Of a stretch of DNA of 64,000 bases, positions 1-13,540 are shown in pieces. This stretch comes from Eledone cirrhosa. Lineage: Eukaryota. A program made the position numbers and the translations under genes. Each line of letters begins with the position of its first letter. Position 1 is the stretch's first letter. The DNA is taken from assembly GCA_964016885.1 (NCBI GenBank), contig OZ024751.1, positions 16,802,001-16,866,000 on the forward strand, written 5' to 3'. Under the pieces are notes generated by a model. That model had not been told where the DNA came from and did no database searches. It saw nothing but the letters and a program-made list of their open reading frames with translations.

Positions 1-156
1 ATATATATATATATTAATAAATATATATATATATTAATAAATATATATATATATTAATAAATATATATATATATTAATAAATATATATATATATTAATAA
101 ATATATATATATATTAATAAATATATATATATATTAATAAATATATATATATATTA

Positions 157-241
<85 letters not shown>

Positions 242-280
242 TAAATATATATATATATTAATAAATATATATATATATTA

Positions 281-315
<35 letters not shown>

Positions 316-334
316 TAAATATATATATATATTA

Positions 335-369
<35 letters not shown>

Positions 370-1016
370 TAAATATATATATATATATATATATTAATAA
401 ATATATATATATATTAATAAATATATATATATATTAATAAATATATATATATATATATTAATAAATATATATATATATATATATTAATAAATATATATAT
501 ATATTAATAAATATATATATATATATATTAATAAATATATATATATATTAATAAATATATATATATTAATAAATATATATATATATATATATTAATAAAT
601 ATATATATATATTAATAAATATATATATATATATATTAATAAATATATATATATATATATTAATAAATATATATATATATATATATTAATAAATATATAT
701 ATATATATATATTAATAAATATATATATATATATTAATAAATATATATATATATATATTAATAAATATATATATATATTAATAAATATATATATATATAT
801 ATTAATAAATATATATATATATATATATATTAATAAATATATATATATATATATATTAATAAATATATATATATATATATATTAATAAATATATATATAT
901 ATATATATATTAATAAATATATATATATATATATATATTAATAAATATATATATATATATATATTAATAAATATATATATATATATATTAATAAATATAT
1001 ATATATATATTAATAA

Positions 1017-1048
<32 letters not shown>

Positions 1049-1954
1049 TAATATATATATATATTAATAAATATATATATATATATTAATAAATATATAT
1101 ATATATATTAATAAATATATATATATATATTAATAAATATATATATATATTAATAAATATATATATATATATATTAATAAATATATATATATATTTTAAT
1201 AAATATATATATATATATATATTAATAAATATATATATTAATAAATATATATATATATATATATATTAATAAATATATATATATATATATATATTAATAA
1301 ATATATATATATATATATATATTAATAAATAAATATATATATATATATATTAATAAATATATATATATATATATATATTAATAAATATATATATATATAT
1401 ATATATTAATAAATATATATATATATATATATATTAATAAATATATATATATATATATATATTAATAAATATATATATATATATATATATTAATAAATAT
1501 ATATATATATATATATATATTAATAAATATATATATATATATATATATTAATAAATATATATATATATATATATTAATAAATATATATATATATATATTA
1601 ATAAATATATATATATATTAATAAATATATATATATATAAATAAATATATATATATATAAATAAATATATATATATATTAATAAATATATATATATATTA
1701 ATAAATATATATATATATTAATAAATATATATATATATTAATAAATATATATATATATTAATAAATATATATATATATATATATTAATAAATATATATAT
1801 ATATATATATATATTAATAAATATATATATATATATATATATTAATAAATATATATATATATATATATATTAATAAATATATATATATATATATATATTA
1901 ATAAATATATATATATATATATATCAATAAATATATATATATATATATATATTA

Positions 1955-1989
<35 letters not shown>

Positions 1990-2042
1990 TAAATATATAT
2001 ATATATATATATCAATAAATATATATATATATATATATATTA

Positions 2043-2077
<35 letters not shown>

Positions 2078-3230
2078 TAAATATATATATATATATATAT
2101 ATATTAATAAATATATATATATATTAATAAATATATATATATATATATTAATAAATATATATATATATGTATTAATAAATATATATATATATATATATAT
2201 CAATAAATATATATATATATAAATAAATATATATATATATAAATAAATATATATATATATATATATTAATAAATATATATATATATATATATTAATAAAT
2301 ATATATATATATATATATTAATAAATATATATATATATATATATATTAATAAATATATATATATATATATATTAATAAATATATATATATATATATATAT
2401 TAATAAATATATATATATATATATATATTAATAAATATATATATATATATTAATAAATATATATATATATATTAATAAATATATATATATATTAATAAAT
2501 ATATATATATATTAATATATATATATTAATATATATATATATATATTAATAAATATATATATATATTAATATATATATATTAATAAATATATATATATAT
2601 TAATAAATATATATATATATTAATAAATATATATATATATTAATAAATATATATATATATTAATATATATATATTAATATATATATATATATATTAATAA
2701 ATATATATATATTAATAAATATATATATATATATTAATAAATATATATATATATTAATAAATATATATATATATTAATAAATATATATATATATTAATAA
2801 ATATATATATATATTAATATATATATATTAATATATATATATATATATTAATAAATATATATATATATATTAATAAATATATATATATATTAATAAATAT
2901 ATATATATATTAATAAATATATATATATATTAATAAATATATATATATATATTAATAAATATATATATATATTAATAAATATATATATATATTAATAAAT
3001 ATATATATATATTAATAAATATATATATATATTAATAAATATATATATATATTAATAAATATATATATATATTAATAAATATATATATATATATTAATAA
3101 ATATATATATATATTAATAAATATATATATATATATTAATATATATATATATATTAATAAATATATATATATATTAATAAATATATATATATATTAATAA
3201 ATATATATATATATTAATAAATATATATAT
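1..3230. repeat. TA-based satellite, unit TAATAAA+(TA)n of variable length
   Basis: Continuous 'taataaa(ta)n' units, almost no G/C; runs off the window start. Confidence 0.98.
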
Positions 3231-4467
3231 GAAATATAAGAATCAAAGAACTGTTCAAAACATTATTGTGCTTACAGCTCTTTCCTCCAAACCGAGGTTT
3301 GGATTCTTCGGAGCAATTTATTAATGCATGGACAGTTATATGACCTCCTTTTCAGCCGAGAGACATACCAACACATATTCAAACATTGTGGGTCAACATT
3401 CATTACAGAATTTAGATTGGCAGTACACACTTTGAGATTACATTTATATTAATAGGTACAATCAAAAATCAAAGATATAGGTTAAAGTACAACATGAAGA
3501 TAAGTGGTTATATAGTGCAAATGTTATATGTGTGGCACGCATGTGCGTCTTGTTTATATAGTGTGGCAGAGAGATATGTGTGGTAGAGGCACTTAGGTAG
3601 GTAAATAAGAGTGTTAGTTTGGTAGATCTGGTGGCAAAGTCTTTATATGATTGATATAGTCTGTGTGTGGAGAAATATTATAAGCATTAAAGATAGTGCA
3701 AGCATTAAAAGTGTTATAAGTATTGGAGATGCACAGCGCAGGGATGTCAAGTAATTCATGTACTTCGGCATTTTCATGGTCAAGGGAGTGTATATTTCGA
3801 TTATATGCCTTTCACATAATCCACGACAATCCAGTTAGAGATCGTAGTCTGGTGTTCTTTAGTTCGATACAGGAGGTTGTTACGTTTCGAGAAACGCCAT
3901 TGAATACCGGAAGTGTGTGTGTGGCTAAGGGGAGTTAATGCATGCGGGGAGGTAACTCTGGGGTTTCTATATCTAGCCATTAAAATGTGTCCCAATATAG
4001 ACCCTAAATTCTATGGTGAGGTGCACCTTCCAAGAGAGACTTTTAAAGCATAAAGTGTACTAACTATAGAGTAGTTTAACTAAATTATGCTGAAGGTGAT
4101 CATATTATTATTAAGGTGGATTAACCCATCTTAAGGTGCTACAAATGGAAATTATAGATGATGAGCGAGGATTCTAAATTAATGATCTCTGTGGTTGTAG
4201 TCTGCTCATATGACCAGGCGCGGTGACTGCAGGATTGCTTCAGGACCCAATGATCTCTGGTAAGATCTGGGTCATCGCTTGCTACATTGGATGTCGAAAT
4301 ATAACTGGTCTGTAAATCATCTGATGTTTTTACATTGAGCTACTTAACTTACTGGTAATAAGGTAGTAATACATTACTGCCTACCACTATTTAGGGTGTG
4401 TGTAAAATACTTACAACTGCTTAAGGTTTTGTGTTTACATAACCATAAATAGTATAACTAATACTAA
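3231..4467 (-). mobile_element. Highly decayed Penelope-like element 3' fragment embedded in TA satellite
   Basis: Minus strand reads RVYIGT (~3988-4005) followed by ARYRN (cf. KSRFNNH/KSRMYNH in the other PLEs here); hammerhead-like motif at its 3' end (3267-3317); both ends abut (TA)n. Confidence 0.55.
3267..3317 (-). ncRNA. Degenerate type I hammerhead ribozyme
   Basis: Minus strand: gct CCGAAGA a tccaaacc-tc-ggtttgga g GAAA gagct GTA agc; 8-bp stem II; core U4>C and a stem III mismatch. Confidence 0.55.
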
Positions 4468-4705
4468 ATATATATATATATTAATAAATATATATATATA
4501 TTAATATATATATATATATATATATATTAATATATATATATATTAATATATATATATATATATATATTAATATATATATATATATATTAATATATATATA
4601 TATATATTAATATATATATATATATATTAATATATATATATATATATTAATATATATATATATATTAATATATATATATATATTAATAAATATATATATA
4701 TATTA

Positions 4706-4741
<36 letters not shown>

Positions 4742-4855
4742 GTGTGTATATATATTAATAAATATATGTGTATATATATTAATAAATATATATATATATA
4801 TATATTAATAAATATATATATATATATATACACACGTGTGTATATATATTAATAA

Positions 4856-4900
<45 letters not shown>

Positions 4901-5151
4901 CACACGTGTGTATATATATTAATAAATATATATATATATATACACACGTGTGTATATATATTAATAAATATATATATATATATATACACACGTGTGTGTA
5001 TATATATTAATAAATATATATATATATATATATACACACGTGTGTGTATATATATTAATAAATATATATATATATATATATACACACGTGTGTGTATATA
5101 TACTAATAAATATATATATATATATATACACACGTGTGTGTATATATATTA

Positions 5152-5189
<38 letters not shown>

Positions 5190-5400
5190 GTGTGTGTATA
5201 TATACTAATAAATATATATATATATATACACACACACGTGTGTGTATATATATTAATAAATATATATATATATACACACACGTGTGTGTATATATATTAA
5301 TAAATATATATATATATACACATACGTGTGTGTATATATATTAATAAATATATATCTATACACACGTGTGTATATATATATTAATAAATATATATACACA

Positions 5401-5430
<30 letters not shown>
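4468..5430. repeat. TA satellite continuing, gaining a palindromic CACACGTGTG module from ~4735
   Basis: Units taataaa(ta)n cacacgtgtg(tg) tatata; ends in (TG)n(AG)n. Confidence 0.95.
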
Positions 5431-5431
<1 letters not shown>

Positions 5432-6475
5432 TATGTAATATTTTTAACTTCATTTCATTCTCGATGTATTCATTACAAATGGCAAAAAACAATATTTGAC
5501 GAGAAAAAGTCGTTTCTTTTTAATTTAATACAAGTAAATTAATTTCCAGATGTAAAATAAAAATATAGATATATTTAAATATATAACAAAGAAATAATAA
5601 CAAAAGATAATGAATAAATTTAAACGACGTAAATTGAGGTTGCATAATCACTGGCATTGAATTATAAATATAGCAGAAAGATAACGAAAAACTCTAACTT
5701 TAATTTCATTCACTAAATTTGAGCATGCTTGGAAAGGTGGAAAATTATCGATACAATTATGGGAAATGAGATATGCTTCTTCCCACGCTTTCCCCACCTC
5801 TGCAATTACTTAATTCCTATTCTTAATGTACAATCGTTTGTATTCTGTTTATTCTGATTTAAATTTCTAAATCCATTTCTTTTCCCCACTTCCCTTTTTA
5901 ACTGCCTTTCTTTAACCATCATAATTCTGCACAAACGTCGTCTATAATGGAAATTTAGGAGAAACTATAGGTTCAATAAATTTGGATTCTGTGAAGAATG
6001 AAATTGGCTGACGTTTCAGAAAGGGGTTTTTCCTCAAATTTATAATATTAGGATTCGTTTCAACACGCCGACGCATGTGTGTATGTGCATATGCATACAT
6101 TTATATGCATGAGTATATAAACATAAACGCACAAATACACACCTACAAAAATACACACTCAGGCATACATTCCTGAGAACCGAATTCTATCGCTCTACGC
6201 TTTTAGACTTAGATTTCTAACCTTCCCTTTTCCTCATCTCTGTCTGTCTCTCTGAGTAACTCTCTCCGAATTCTCATTCGAATTGAACATCAAATACAAA
6301 CTTTGCAGTAAAACATCTACAATTTAAGGGAAATGGCAGGCATTCTTCTTCTACTGAAGTAAAGAAATAAAAATCTCATCGTACCAATACCTGATTCTTT
6401 ACACGCATTAATCCCTGTAAAATATCCAAACGTTGCTATTATCAATTACCCAAGAGCAGTGGATAGGTAGTATAG

Positions 6476-6812
6476 GTAATGATAAAGAACCCCTTGGGAT
6501 TTGCACCTAGAAAGCGTTCCTCCAAGGTAAAAGTCCAGACAATGTTGTTTGTGGAATAACAGCAGTCGCCGATGCATACCAGTCTCCCCTTCCCACGCTA
6601 CCTAATAATGTCCAAGGGAAAGGCACTTATCGATACAACGTGGCACTTATCGATACAACGTGGCACGAGTGACGTCGCATCTCATTTCTACAACTGAGTA
6701 AACTGGAGCAACGTGAAATAGTGTTTCTCAAGAATGCAACGCATCACCCGGTCTGAGAATCGAACTCACAACCTTACGATTGCAAGCTCAACGCTCTAAC
6801 TAAGCCATACGC
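6476..6812 (-). mobile_element. tRNA-derived SINE family B (Meta/MESC-like core)
   Basis: Minus strand has tRNA-like head with B box GAGTTCGATTCTC and core ttgag..acact..tttcacgttgctccagtttactcag; homologous to 8487-8721, 25395-25712, 30050-30310; internal 20-bp tandem duplication near 6623-6666. Confidence 0.8.
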
Positions 6813-6814
6813 AG

Positions 6815-6985
6815 TATAGGTAGAATATTGGAAACTCATAATATTTAGATTTAGTTGCGACTTTCTACTTACCGAGTTCAAATCACGTCTATATCAACTT
6901 TGCTTTTCATCCTTCTGATGTAGATATAATCGAATTTCCCTCTCAACAAAATTGCTGGCTGTGTGCCTAAATAGAAATCGTTATT
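6815..6985 (+). mobile_element. Degenerate SINE family A copy
   Basis: gagttcaaatc B box, ttgcttttcatcc core, attgctggctgtgtgcc..tagaaa tail. Confidence 0.65.
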
Positions 6986-7789
6986 GACAATTACATTTAC
7001 GTCTAAATATCACCATGACAACAATATCCTCTTTCTAAAATCCATAATAATTGTACGTTCATATTTTTCTGAAAGCGCTGTACCGTTAATAAAGTTTACT
7101 ACCCAACAAAACACCTGATATCTCTTCATGGAAAATGAAATCCTACTTCATAAAATATTATCAACGGGAAAACATGTTTAATTATTTTCATAGAAATAAG
7201 ATCTCTTAAAAAGGAAATGAAACATTTTCCTTAAATTAATAGAAAAATATTTGAAACGCAGCATTTCAAGATTATTTGAAATATTTTTTTTAAATTTCAA
7301 TTCCTTCCATATTCTTAAATCTCAATTATCGTAATGCAAAAATACCAATATCTCGAGTTTCACTTGTGTTAATTTTTATTGTTAAATAACAGCGTATACG
7401 TACAGTTTAACCATTCTTTTTTGTATCAGATCTTATATGAAAGTCTTCCTGTGGACATTTTCGGAAGCAGATACAATGCAAGTTAGAAATACAAGAGTGA
7501 AAACTCGAGTGGTATAAAGTGAAAAGAATAATTGAAAATCTTACCACATTTTATATTTCGAGGTTAAACCTGTTGCTTAAAGGAAAGGAAATCGGATTGT
7601 GATGATGATGAACGCTGTCGTGTTCAATACTTGAAGTATAGATATTTGCATTACATTCGGATTGTTTTTATTGTGCTAGTCTAATTTGAGTTTAATTCGT
7701 ATGAAATAAATTGCCATACAAATCCTTTAATCCGAAATAACTATATACAAGCAGTTGTATTTAACTACTGAAATATCTCATATTTATAT

Positions 7790-8050
7790 ATTACTTACCG
7801 AAATCTGTCTTGAGTTTACAATATCTGGTATACATATCTGTAAATATACTTAATATCTGTACAATATGGCGGAGCAGATATGTATTTGTGTATGGTATAG
7901 ATATCTAAGTATTCGTAATATCTTTTCATATTTTGTACACTATGGTAGACTAAATCTATATGTGTGTATCGATAAATCTTTGTAAGTATTCGTAATATCT
8001 GTTAATATGTACAAAATGGCGGATTAGATCCATCTGCGTGTAAAGCCGAA
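7790..8050. repeat. Diverged tandem repeat, ~75-bp unit, 3-4 copies
   Basis: Recurring tgtaca(a/c)(t/a)atgg(c/t)(g/a)ga..(a)gat and aagtattcgtaatatct. Confidence 0.55.
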
Positions 8051-8344
8051 TTCTATATTATAAATTCACTTAAGTGGATTTCGTATTAATCATTACTAAA
8101 CATCTAATATGAGATATTGAACATTAGCTTAAATATTTATCGTGTCGTCTTGAGTTCGTTATGAGTCTCTTTTTTATAAAAGGATGCCACAGAGTGTACG
8201 ATAGATAATGATTACAATATTTTTGAGCAACAACTCTAGTCCCACACTTTTGAAGGTTTGTTATAACATTCTGTGGCTCTTTTGAGCTTGCGCATTTTTC
8301 AGGTCTAGTTATATATACGTGTAACGTTATCATACGGCTACTGA

Positions 8345-9080
8345 AAGGATATGAAGATAAGCATATGTAATGCATGGACCGCTCTTAACAAGATGGACAT
8401 AATCTGTATATCTCTTCTTCTAGACAACCTGAAACGCAGCTTCCTCCGTACCACTGTAGAATCAGTCTTTATGTATGGTGACATTGTGTGTGACAGCTCA
8501 CACCTATGCAGGTTTAGCTGGCCTCCTCCAAAGTATATCTCGTTGAAGGTGTTTTGGGTGATTTAATGCTAGGGACCTCATGTCTACAGCTGAGTAAACT
8601 GGAGCAACGTGAAATAAAGTTTATTGCTCAAGGAAACAACACATCACCCGGTACGAGAATTGAACTCAGAACCTTTTGATTGCAAGCCCAATGCTCTAAC
8701 CACTCAGCCATGCGACTTCACTATGGTGACATTGCTTGGACACTGACCAATAAACTAGAATCTAAGCTTGATGTAATTTATACACGGAATCTGAGGGCTG
8801 TGCTTAATATCTCATGGACACAGCATCCTACTAAAGAAGTGCTGTATGGTCCCATCTCTGATATATATGCGATCTGCAGTACATTGCTGTTGAGTAAATC
8901 AAGGACTTGTTAGTGATCTTTTACTTTAAGCACATAAAGCCGGACGGCTAACCTTCCACTGACACAGCTAATTTGTATTGAACTATGTAGAGTCACAGGA
9001 TGCTCCCCTAATGACCTCCATCATGACAAATGGCGTGCTAAGCTCATGAATGTCCGAGAAAGCTCGACCAGATGATGACG
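8345..9080 (+). mobile_element. RTE-superfamily LINE 3' fragment (RT C-terminal region), interrupted by a SINE
   Basis: NAWTALNKMDII..LKRSFLRTTVESVFMYG | AWTLTNKLESKLDVIYTRNLRAVLNISWTQHPTKEVLYG matches the RTE post-RT signature (VES.LLYG.E.WTLT..LD..YTR.LR..LN..W..H.T...LYG). Confidence 0.8.
8487..8721 (-). mobile_element. SINE family B inserted in the RTE fragment with a 13-bp TSD
   Basis: TSD TATGGTGACATTG at 8474-8486 and 8722-8734; minus-strand A box TGGCTGAGTGG, B box GAGTTCAATTCTC. Confidence 0.9.
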
Positions 9081-10082
9081 AAAATATTTATAATAATTCT
9101 CTCGTACGTTTGTTACACGAACATATATCATATATACCATCCTATACACCTCTATTTTGTACCATGCTATATTCGTGCGACTGTTAATCATACATTTTGT
9201 TGACACCGTTGCTTTTCTTTTTATTAAATTCCAGAAATTATTACTTTATTTTCGGATTACATTCATCAGCTAACGTTTATTCACTTTGATTGAAGTGTCA
9301 CAAAAGTAATTAAACAAAACAATGGCAGCTAACGCAACAGGTAATTACTATAGATTTGTCGTTTTGTTTACTATAGCAATGGGTGTCATTATTGCTATCT
9401 ATTCATAGCTACAAGTACTGTATATGAAATAAGGCTGTATGGTTTCATACAAAACGCAATTCACACATGAAGGACATAAACTTTAGATCGTTGAATTCTT
9501 ATAAATTCAGCAAATTACAGAATCAATATCTTTAGTCATTAGTCTCTTATTCGTTCTTCAATTGTTTCTAGAAATATCTGCTGTCTACTTTCTACAACTG
9601 GATAGCGTAGATGATAGAAGAAACATTGTGTATATTCAAAATAATAAAGTATTTTTAGATTTGATTTGGACAAAAGGTTAAAGTAATATCATTTTTAAAT
9701 TCTGGTTTTTGAGAAAAGGTTAGTGATTGTATTCGCTCAGATTTTCACGGAAACGTTAGAATTGTCATACAAAAACAACAAAAAAATACGGGCTTTGATT
9801 CTAAGATGAAATACGATCTTTTATTCTAAGATGAAATACGATCTTTTATTCAACACGAAAATAACGCGTGTTTTTGAAGTTAAGCCAAGCGACACGATGA
9901 GACAGGCGCAGCATCAATTTCTGTTGACTACCATTATTTTAACACGACAGGATGTAATATGTTAATGACATAAATTTTATGAAAATCTAAAATGAGGAAA
10001 TGTCAGATGGATAACAATAAGATACGACATGAAGACAGTGCTTATATCCTGGAAATGTAAATAATGATGATGATGATGATAG

Positions 10083-10419
10083 TAATTTCTACTTTAGGCA
10101 GAAGGCCAGCAATTTTGGGGGAGGAGGGCGAAGTCGATTAAATCGACCTCAGTTCATTAATGCTACTTTATTTTATCGACTCCGTAAGGATATAAGGCAA
10201 AGCGAACCTCGACAGGATTTGAACTCATAACGTAGAGAGCCGTAACTATATGCCGCAATGCGTGTCATTCGACGCTCTAAAGATAGGGCCAATTCACTGC
10301 CCTTTGTTAAAAAAATAATAATTGTTTCTGATTTAGCCACAGGACCGGCAATTTGGAGGGAAACAGAAAGTCGAATATATCAACCTAGTCCTTGCCAGGC
10401 ACTTTATTTTGCGGACCCG

Positions 10420-10469
<50 letters not shown>

Positions 10470-10680
10470 GGGCGGTGGATTGGCAGTATTGGTAGAGTCG
10501 GACACCATGCTTTGCAGCATAGTTATGGTTTGAGTTCAAATACCCGCCGAGGTTAACTTTGCCTTTCATCCATGCGGGGTCGATAAAATAATGTACCAGT
10601 AACGTACTGGGGTCGAATTAATCGACTTTCCCCTCCTCCCAAATTACTGGCCTTGTGCCTATACTAGAAATCACTATTAC
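10083..10680. mobile_element. Cluster of SINE family A copies (minus ~10083-10300, partial minus ~10325-10420, plus 10470-10680) around a (TAC)n tract
   Basis: A box TGGCAGTATTGG, B box GAGTTCAAAT, core ttgcctttcatcc..ggggtcgataaaat (Nin/Deu-like), tail ggccttgtgcc..tagaaa; (TAC)n at 10421-10468. Confidence 0.85.
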
Positions 10681-12177
10681 TACTACCAAAAAAATTCAAA
10701 ATACCAAAACGCTGATAACCTAGTGTCAAGCGAGAATTGTCAGTGAGCATATGAAATGTTATGCGCTAACTGTCCTCAACCAATTGGGCAATGCGACCAG
10801 TGGAAATTCAAAATGAGCGTTCTGTAGAGGACTAGTGATGGGCAAGAGCGATGACATTTTCGGAGAAAGTGTAGGCATCTACGAGATCTAATTAACCAGT
10901 TTCTTCCGGCGAATTCTCTATCCGGAGACTATGGATAATATCTACAGAAATCCCTAATTAGACATTGCTACCCATGGGCACAGCAAGGTGGAGACAAATT
11001 TTACAAGGCAAGCAGTTTTCCCCTGTCTGGTAGCAATGGCGTGAGTAAGCAAGGTGAGGATAGTGGGAAATACTGCCTCCTAGGATATTCGTTAAAAGGT
11101 CGGTGAACGTAGCGAGGATGGACCGTCTGAAGGTTGGAAAGTTTAGAAACGGGAGGGGCACTCCCTCGTGTGATCAGGGTGATTTCGCAAACTTTCTCCA
11201 AGGGATTCTTCCTCCTAATGTGGAATTATTTTGTTTATTTTTCTATTTACACGACTTATATAAAGTCTCATTGTCCTTGGTCATCGGTATTGTCCTTTAT
11301 ATTTCGGCAAGTGTGTCCAATAGAGAAATAGTTATTATATTTTTTTTACCAGAGGTCTTGTCTGTTGACCAAACTACCTTCTACTTTCTTTAAATTAATT
11401 GACAAGCACTTCCCTAAACTTCACAAATACCATAAAATCTTTAATAGAAATACTATCAAACTATCTTACTCTACTGCCACCAACATAGAATCGCACATAC
11501 ATAAAATTAACTATAAAAGATTATCTAATACAAATAGCCTGCAAACAAGCACCATAATACCAAATATAAAACACAAACACATAACATCACAACCAAATAC
11601 ACGTCAGAACACATCACGACAATGCATCAACAAACCTAATTCTCAGCCCATACATAACAACATACAAAGCTGTATCGCGGAACCGGCACATAGGAAAGCA
11701 TCAAAATGTAACTGTCATTTACCTGATAAATGCCCACTACAAAATAGATGCCTGGAGTTAAATATAGTGTACCCATGACCTATAAATCCAGGCAACTTAG
11801 CATGGCACTAGATATGTTCGACGGCGGGGGAGTTCAAGAAAAGGTGGTATTTCCACAGACACTCTATTAATAACCGTAAATTATGAACACAACGACGCTC
11901 GCCAATAACATCTGGCAGCTCAAAGATACAAACCAGGAATACAGAATTAGCTGGTGAAATTGTCTAGGGCAATGGCCTATAGAATTGGCATGTCCCATTG
12001 TAGACTTTGCAATATAGAATTATGCCATATTTTAAAATATAACAAAAATGCTACTTAACAGCAAATTTGAACGAACAATTTTCTGTAGACATAAAATGGC
12101 GAGCAAATTCGATAATTTCAGACCAACTTAATTCCATAATTCAAATTGTACCACCTGAATCTATTATAATAACCTAC

Positions 12178-12640
12178 TATTGCCTTTCATCCTTACGGGG
12201 TCGATAAAATAAAGTACCAGTAATGCACTGGGATTTTTCTGGCCTTGTGCCTAAGGTAGAAACAATTATTATCGGTGAACTGGCAGCATCGGTAGAGGGT
12301 TGGGCGCCATGCTTTCTAGCCTAGTTACGTCCCTTTACGGTCTGAGTTCAAATCCCGTCGAGGTTAACTTTGCCTTTCATCCTTACGGGCTCGATAAAAT
12401 AAAGTACCGGTAATGCACTCGGTAATTGCTGGCCTTGTGCCTAATGTAACGTAGAAACAATTATTATTATTGTCGGACGTCATGCTTTGACGCATAGTGT
12501 TACGGCCTTTGCCACTCTGAGTTCAAATCCCGCCGCGGTCCACTTTGCCTTTCATCCTTACGGGGTCGATAAAATAAAGTACCAGAAATGTACTGGTAAT
12601 TGCTGGCCTTGTGCCAAAAGTAGAAACAATTATTATTATT
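12178..12640 (+). mobile_element. Three head-to-tail SINE family A copies inside the PLE 3' UTR
   Basis: Three ttgcctttcatccttacggg(g/c)tcgataaaataaagtacc..ggccttgtgcc..gtagaaacaattatt units. Confidence 0.9.
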
Positions 12641-12756
12641 ATTCTCATGAACTGTCAATGAACCAACATCATAACCTTTTATATTTTCTCTTTTTCATTT
12701 TCTATCTTTCTTTCTTTCCCTAAATTTATTTCATCTCTTACATTATATCTTATCGT

Positions 12757-12889
12757 GGGCGGTGGATTGGCAGTATCGTCCCTTTACGACCTGAGTTCAA
12801 ATCCTTGACTTTCATCCTTACGGGGTCGATAAAATAAAGTACCAGTAATGCACTGGGTAATTGCTGGCCTTGTGCCTAAAGTAGAAACA
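12757..12889 (+). mobile_element. Internally deleted SINE family A copy with a 15-bp TSD
   Basis: TSD ATTATATCTTATCGT at 12742-12756 and 12890-12904. Confidence 0.9.
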
Positions 12890-13360
12890 ATTATATCTTA
12901 TCGTATTATTTTCAATTCTAATGGAACTTACAATTAATTAATTAATTATTAATTAATTTATTAATGTAACTAATACATACATGAATATATTTAACATTTT
13001 CATGTTTATACCATCATATCTCTATATTTTAACCACCAACACCATAACTACTGTCAATAATCATACTCTTTACTTTTCTTCGCGCACATATAACATTTTT
13101 TAATTTATTTTTTATCATATTTTGTATTGTTTTTTATCATCCTCGTTGTAACTTGTTTATTAGCATTTATTCATTTATTGTTGTTGTCTTTGTTGTTTTT
13201 TTTCTGTTTTTCTTTTTCTTTATCTTTTATCTTTTTTCTTCATCCTTTTCTCTTTCTTTTTTCTGTCTTTTTTCCCCATCTCTCTCTTTTTTCTCTCTTT
13301 TCTCTGTCTTTCATTATTAATGATGTTGTAATTTGAATTCGTAAACGCCGAGCATATTTT

Positions 13361-13480
13361 TAACAGTCCCTTCTGATGATCTGGTTAAGCTAACAACGTA
13401 TTTAAAATTGAGTGGCACAGCTTCAAGTGTTCAGCAATTTTTAGACAACTTAATCAGTGAAACAATTGTTAAGACTGTAA
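13361..13480 (+). ncRNA. Type I hammerhead ribozyme with extended stem II loop
   Basis: acagtc(cc)tt CTGATGA t ctggttaag..~58 nt..cttaatcag t GAAA caattg TT aagactgt; palindromic stem III AACAATTGTT. Confidence 0.75.
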
Positions 13481-13540
13481 ATAAAACCCTTTTTTGTACT
13501 GTTGACCCTGTTATTCTTCACTCTTTCAATATATATATAT

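Larger units (their letters stand above)
11365..13540 (+). mobile_element. 5'-truncated Penelope-like element: RT thumb, CxC-x5-C-x5-C linker, GIY-YIG endonuclease, 3' UTR and hammerhead
   Basis: FFKLIDKHFP..HKIFNRNTIKLSYST; CNCHLPDKCPLQNRC; NIVY..(Y)I(G)ST..FKKRW..H; IWQLK; CRLC..E; CRH, stop at 12131; disabled by stops and frameshifts; hammerhead at 13361-13480; ends in (TA)n. Confidence 0.88.

Noticed and set aside
8208-8310. Shared segment ending in CTAGT (also ~41040-41140) as a Helitron 3' end
   Set aside because: The repeat is real, but no convincing subterminal hairpin or 5' TC end was found
9798-9851. Short exact tandem duplications (also ~40997-41048, ~29935-29990, ~54566-54606)
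   Set aside because: Ordinary slippage duplications with no further structure
10700-11360. Possible coding remnant on the minus strand (..YQTGENCLPCKIC..)
   Set aside because: Only a weak resemblance to a PLE CxxC motif; nothing else alignable by eye
11776-11778. TGA at a conserved Cys position (IVYx*, versus LVYKC and IVYNC), suggesting selenocysteine recoding as reported for some PLEs
   Set aside because: The same copy has a TAG in the YIG motif and several frameshifts; the other Cys codons are normal and no SECIS is evident, so ordinary decay explains it
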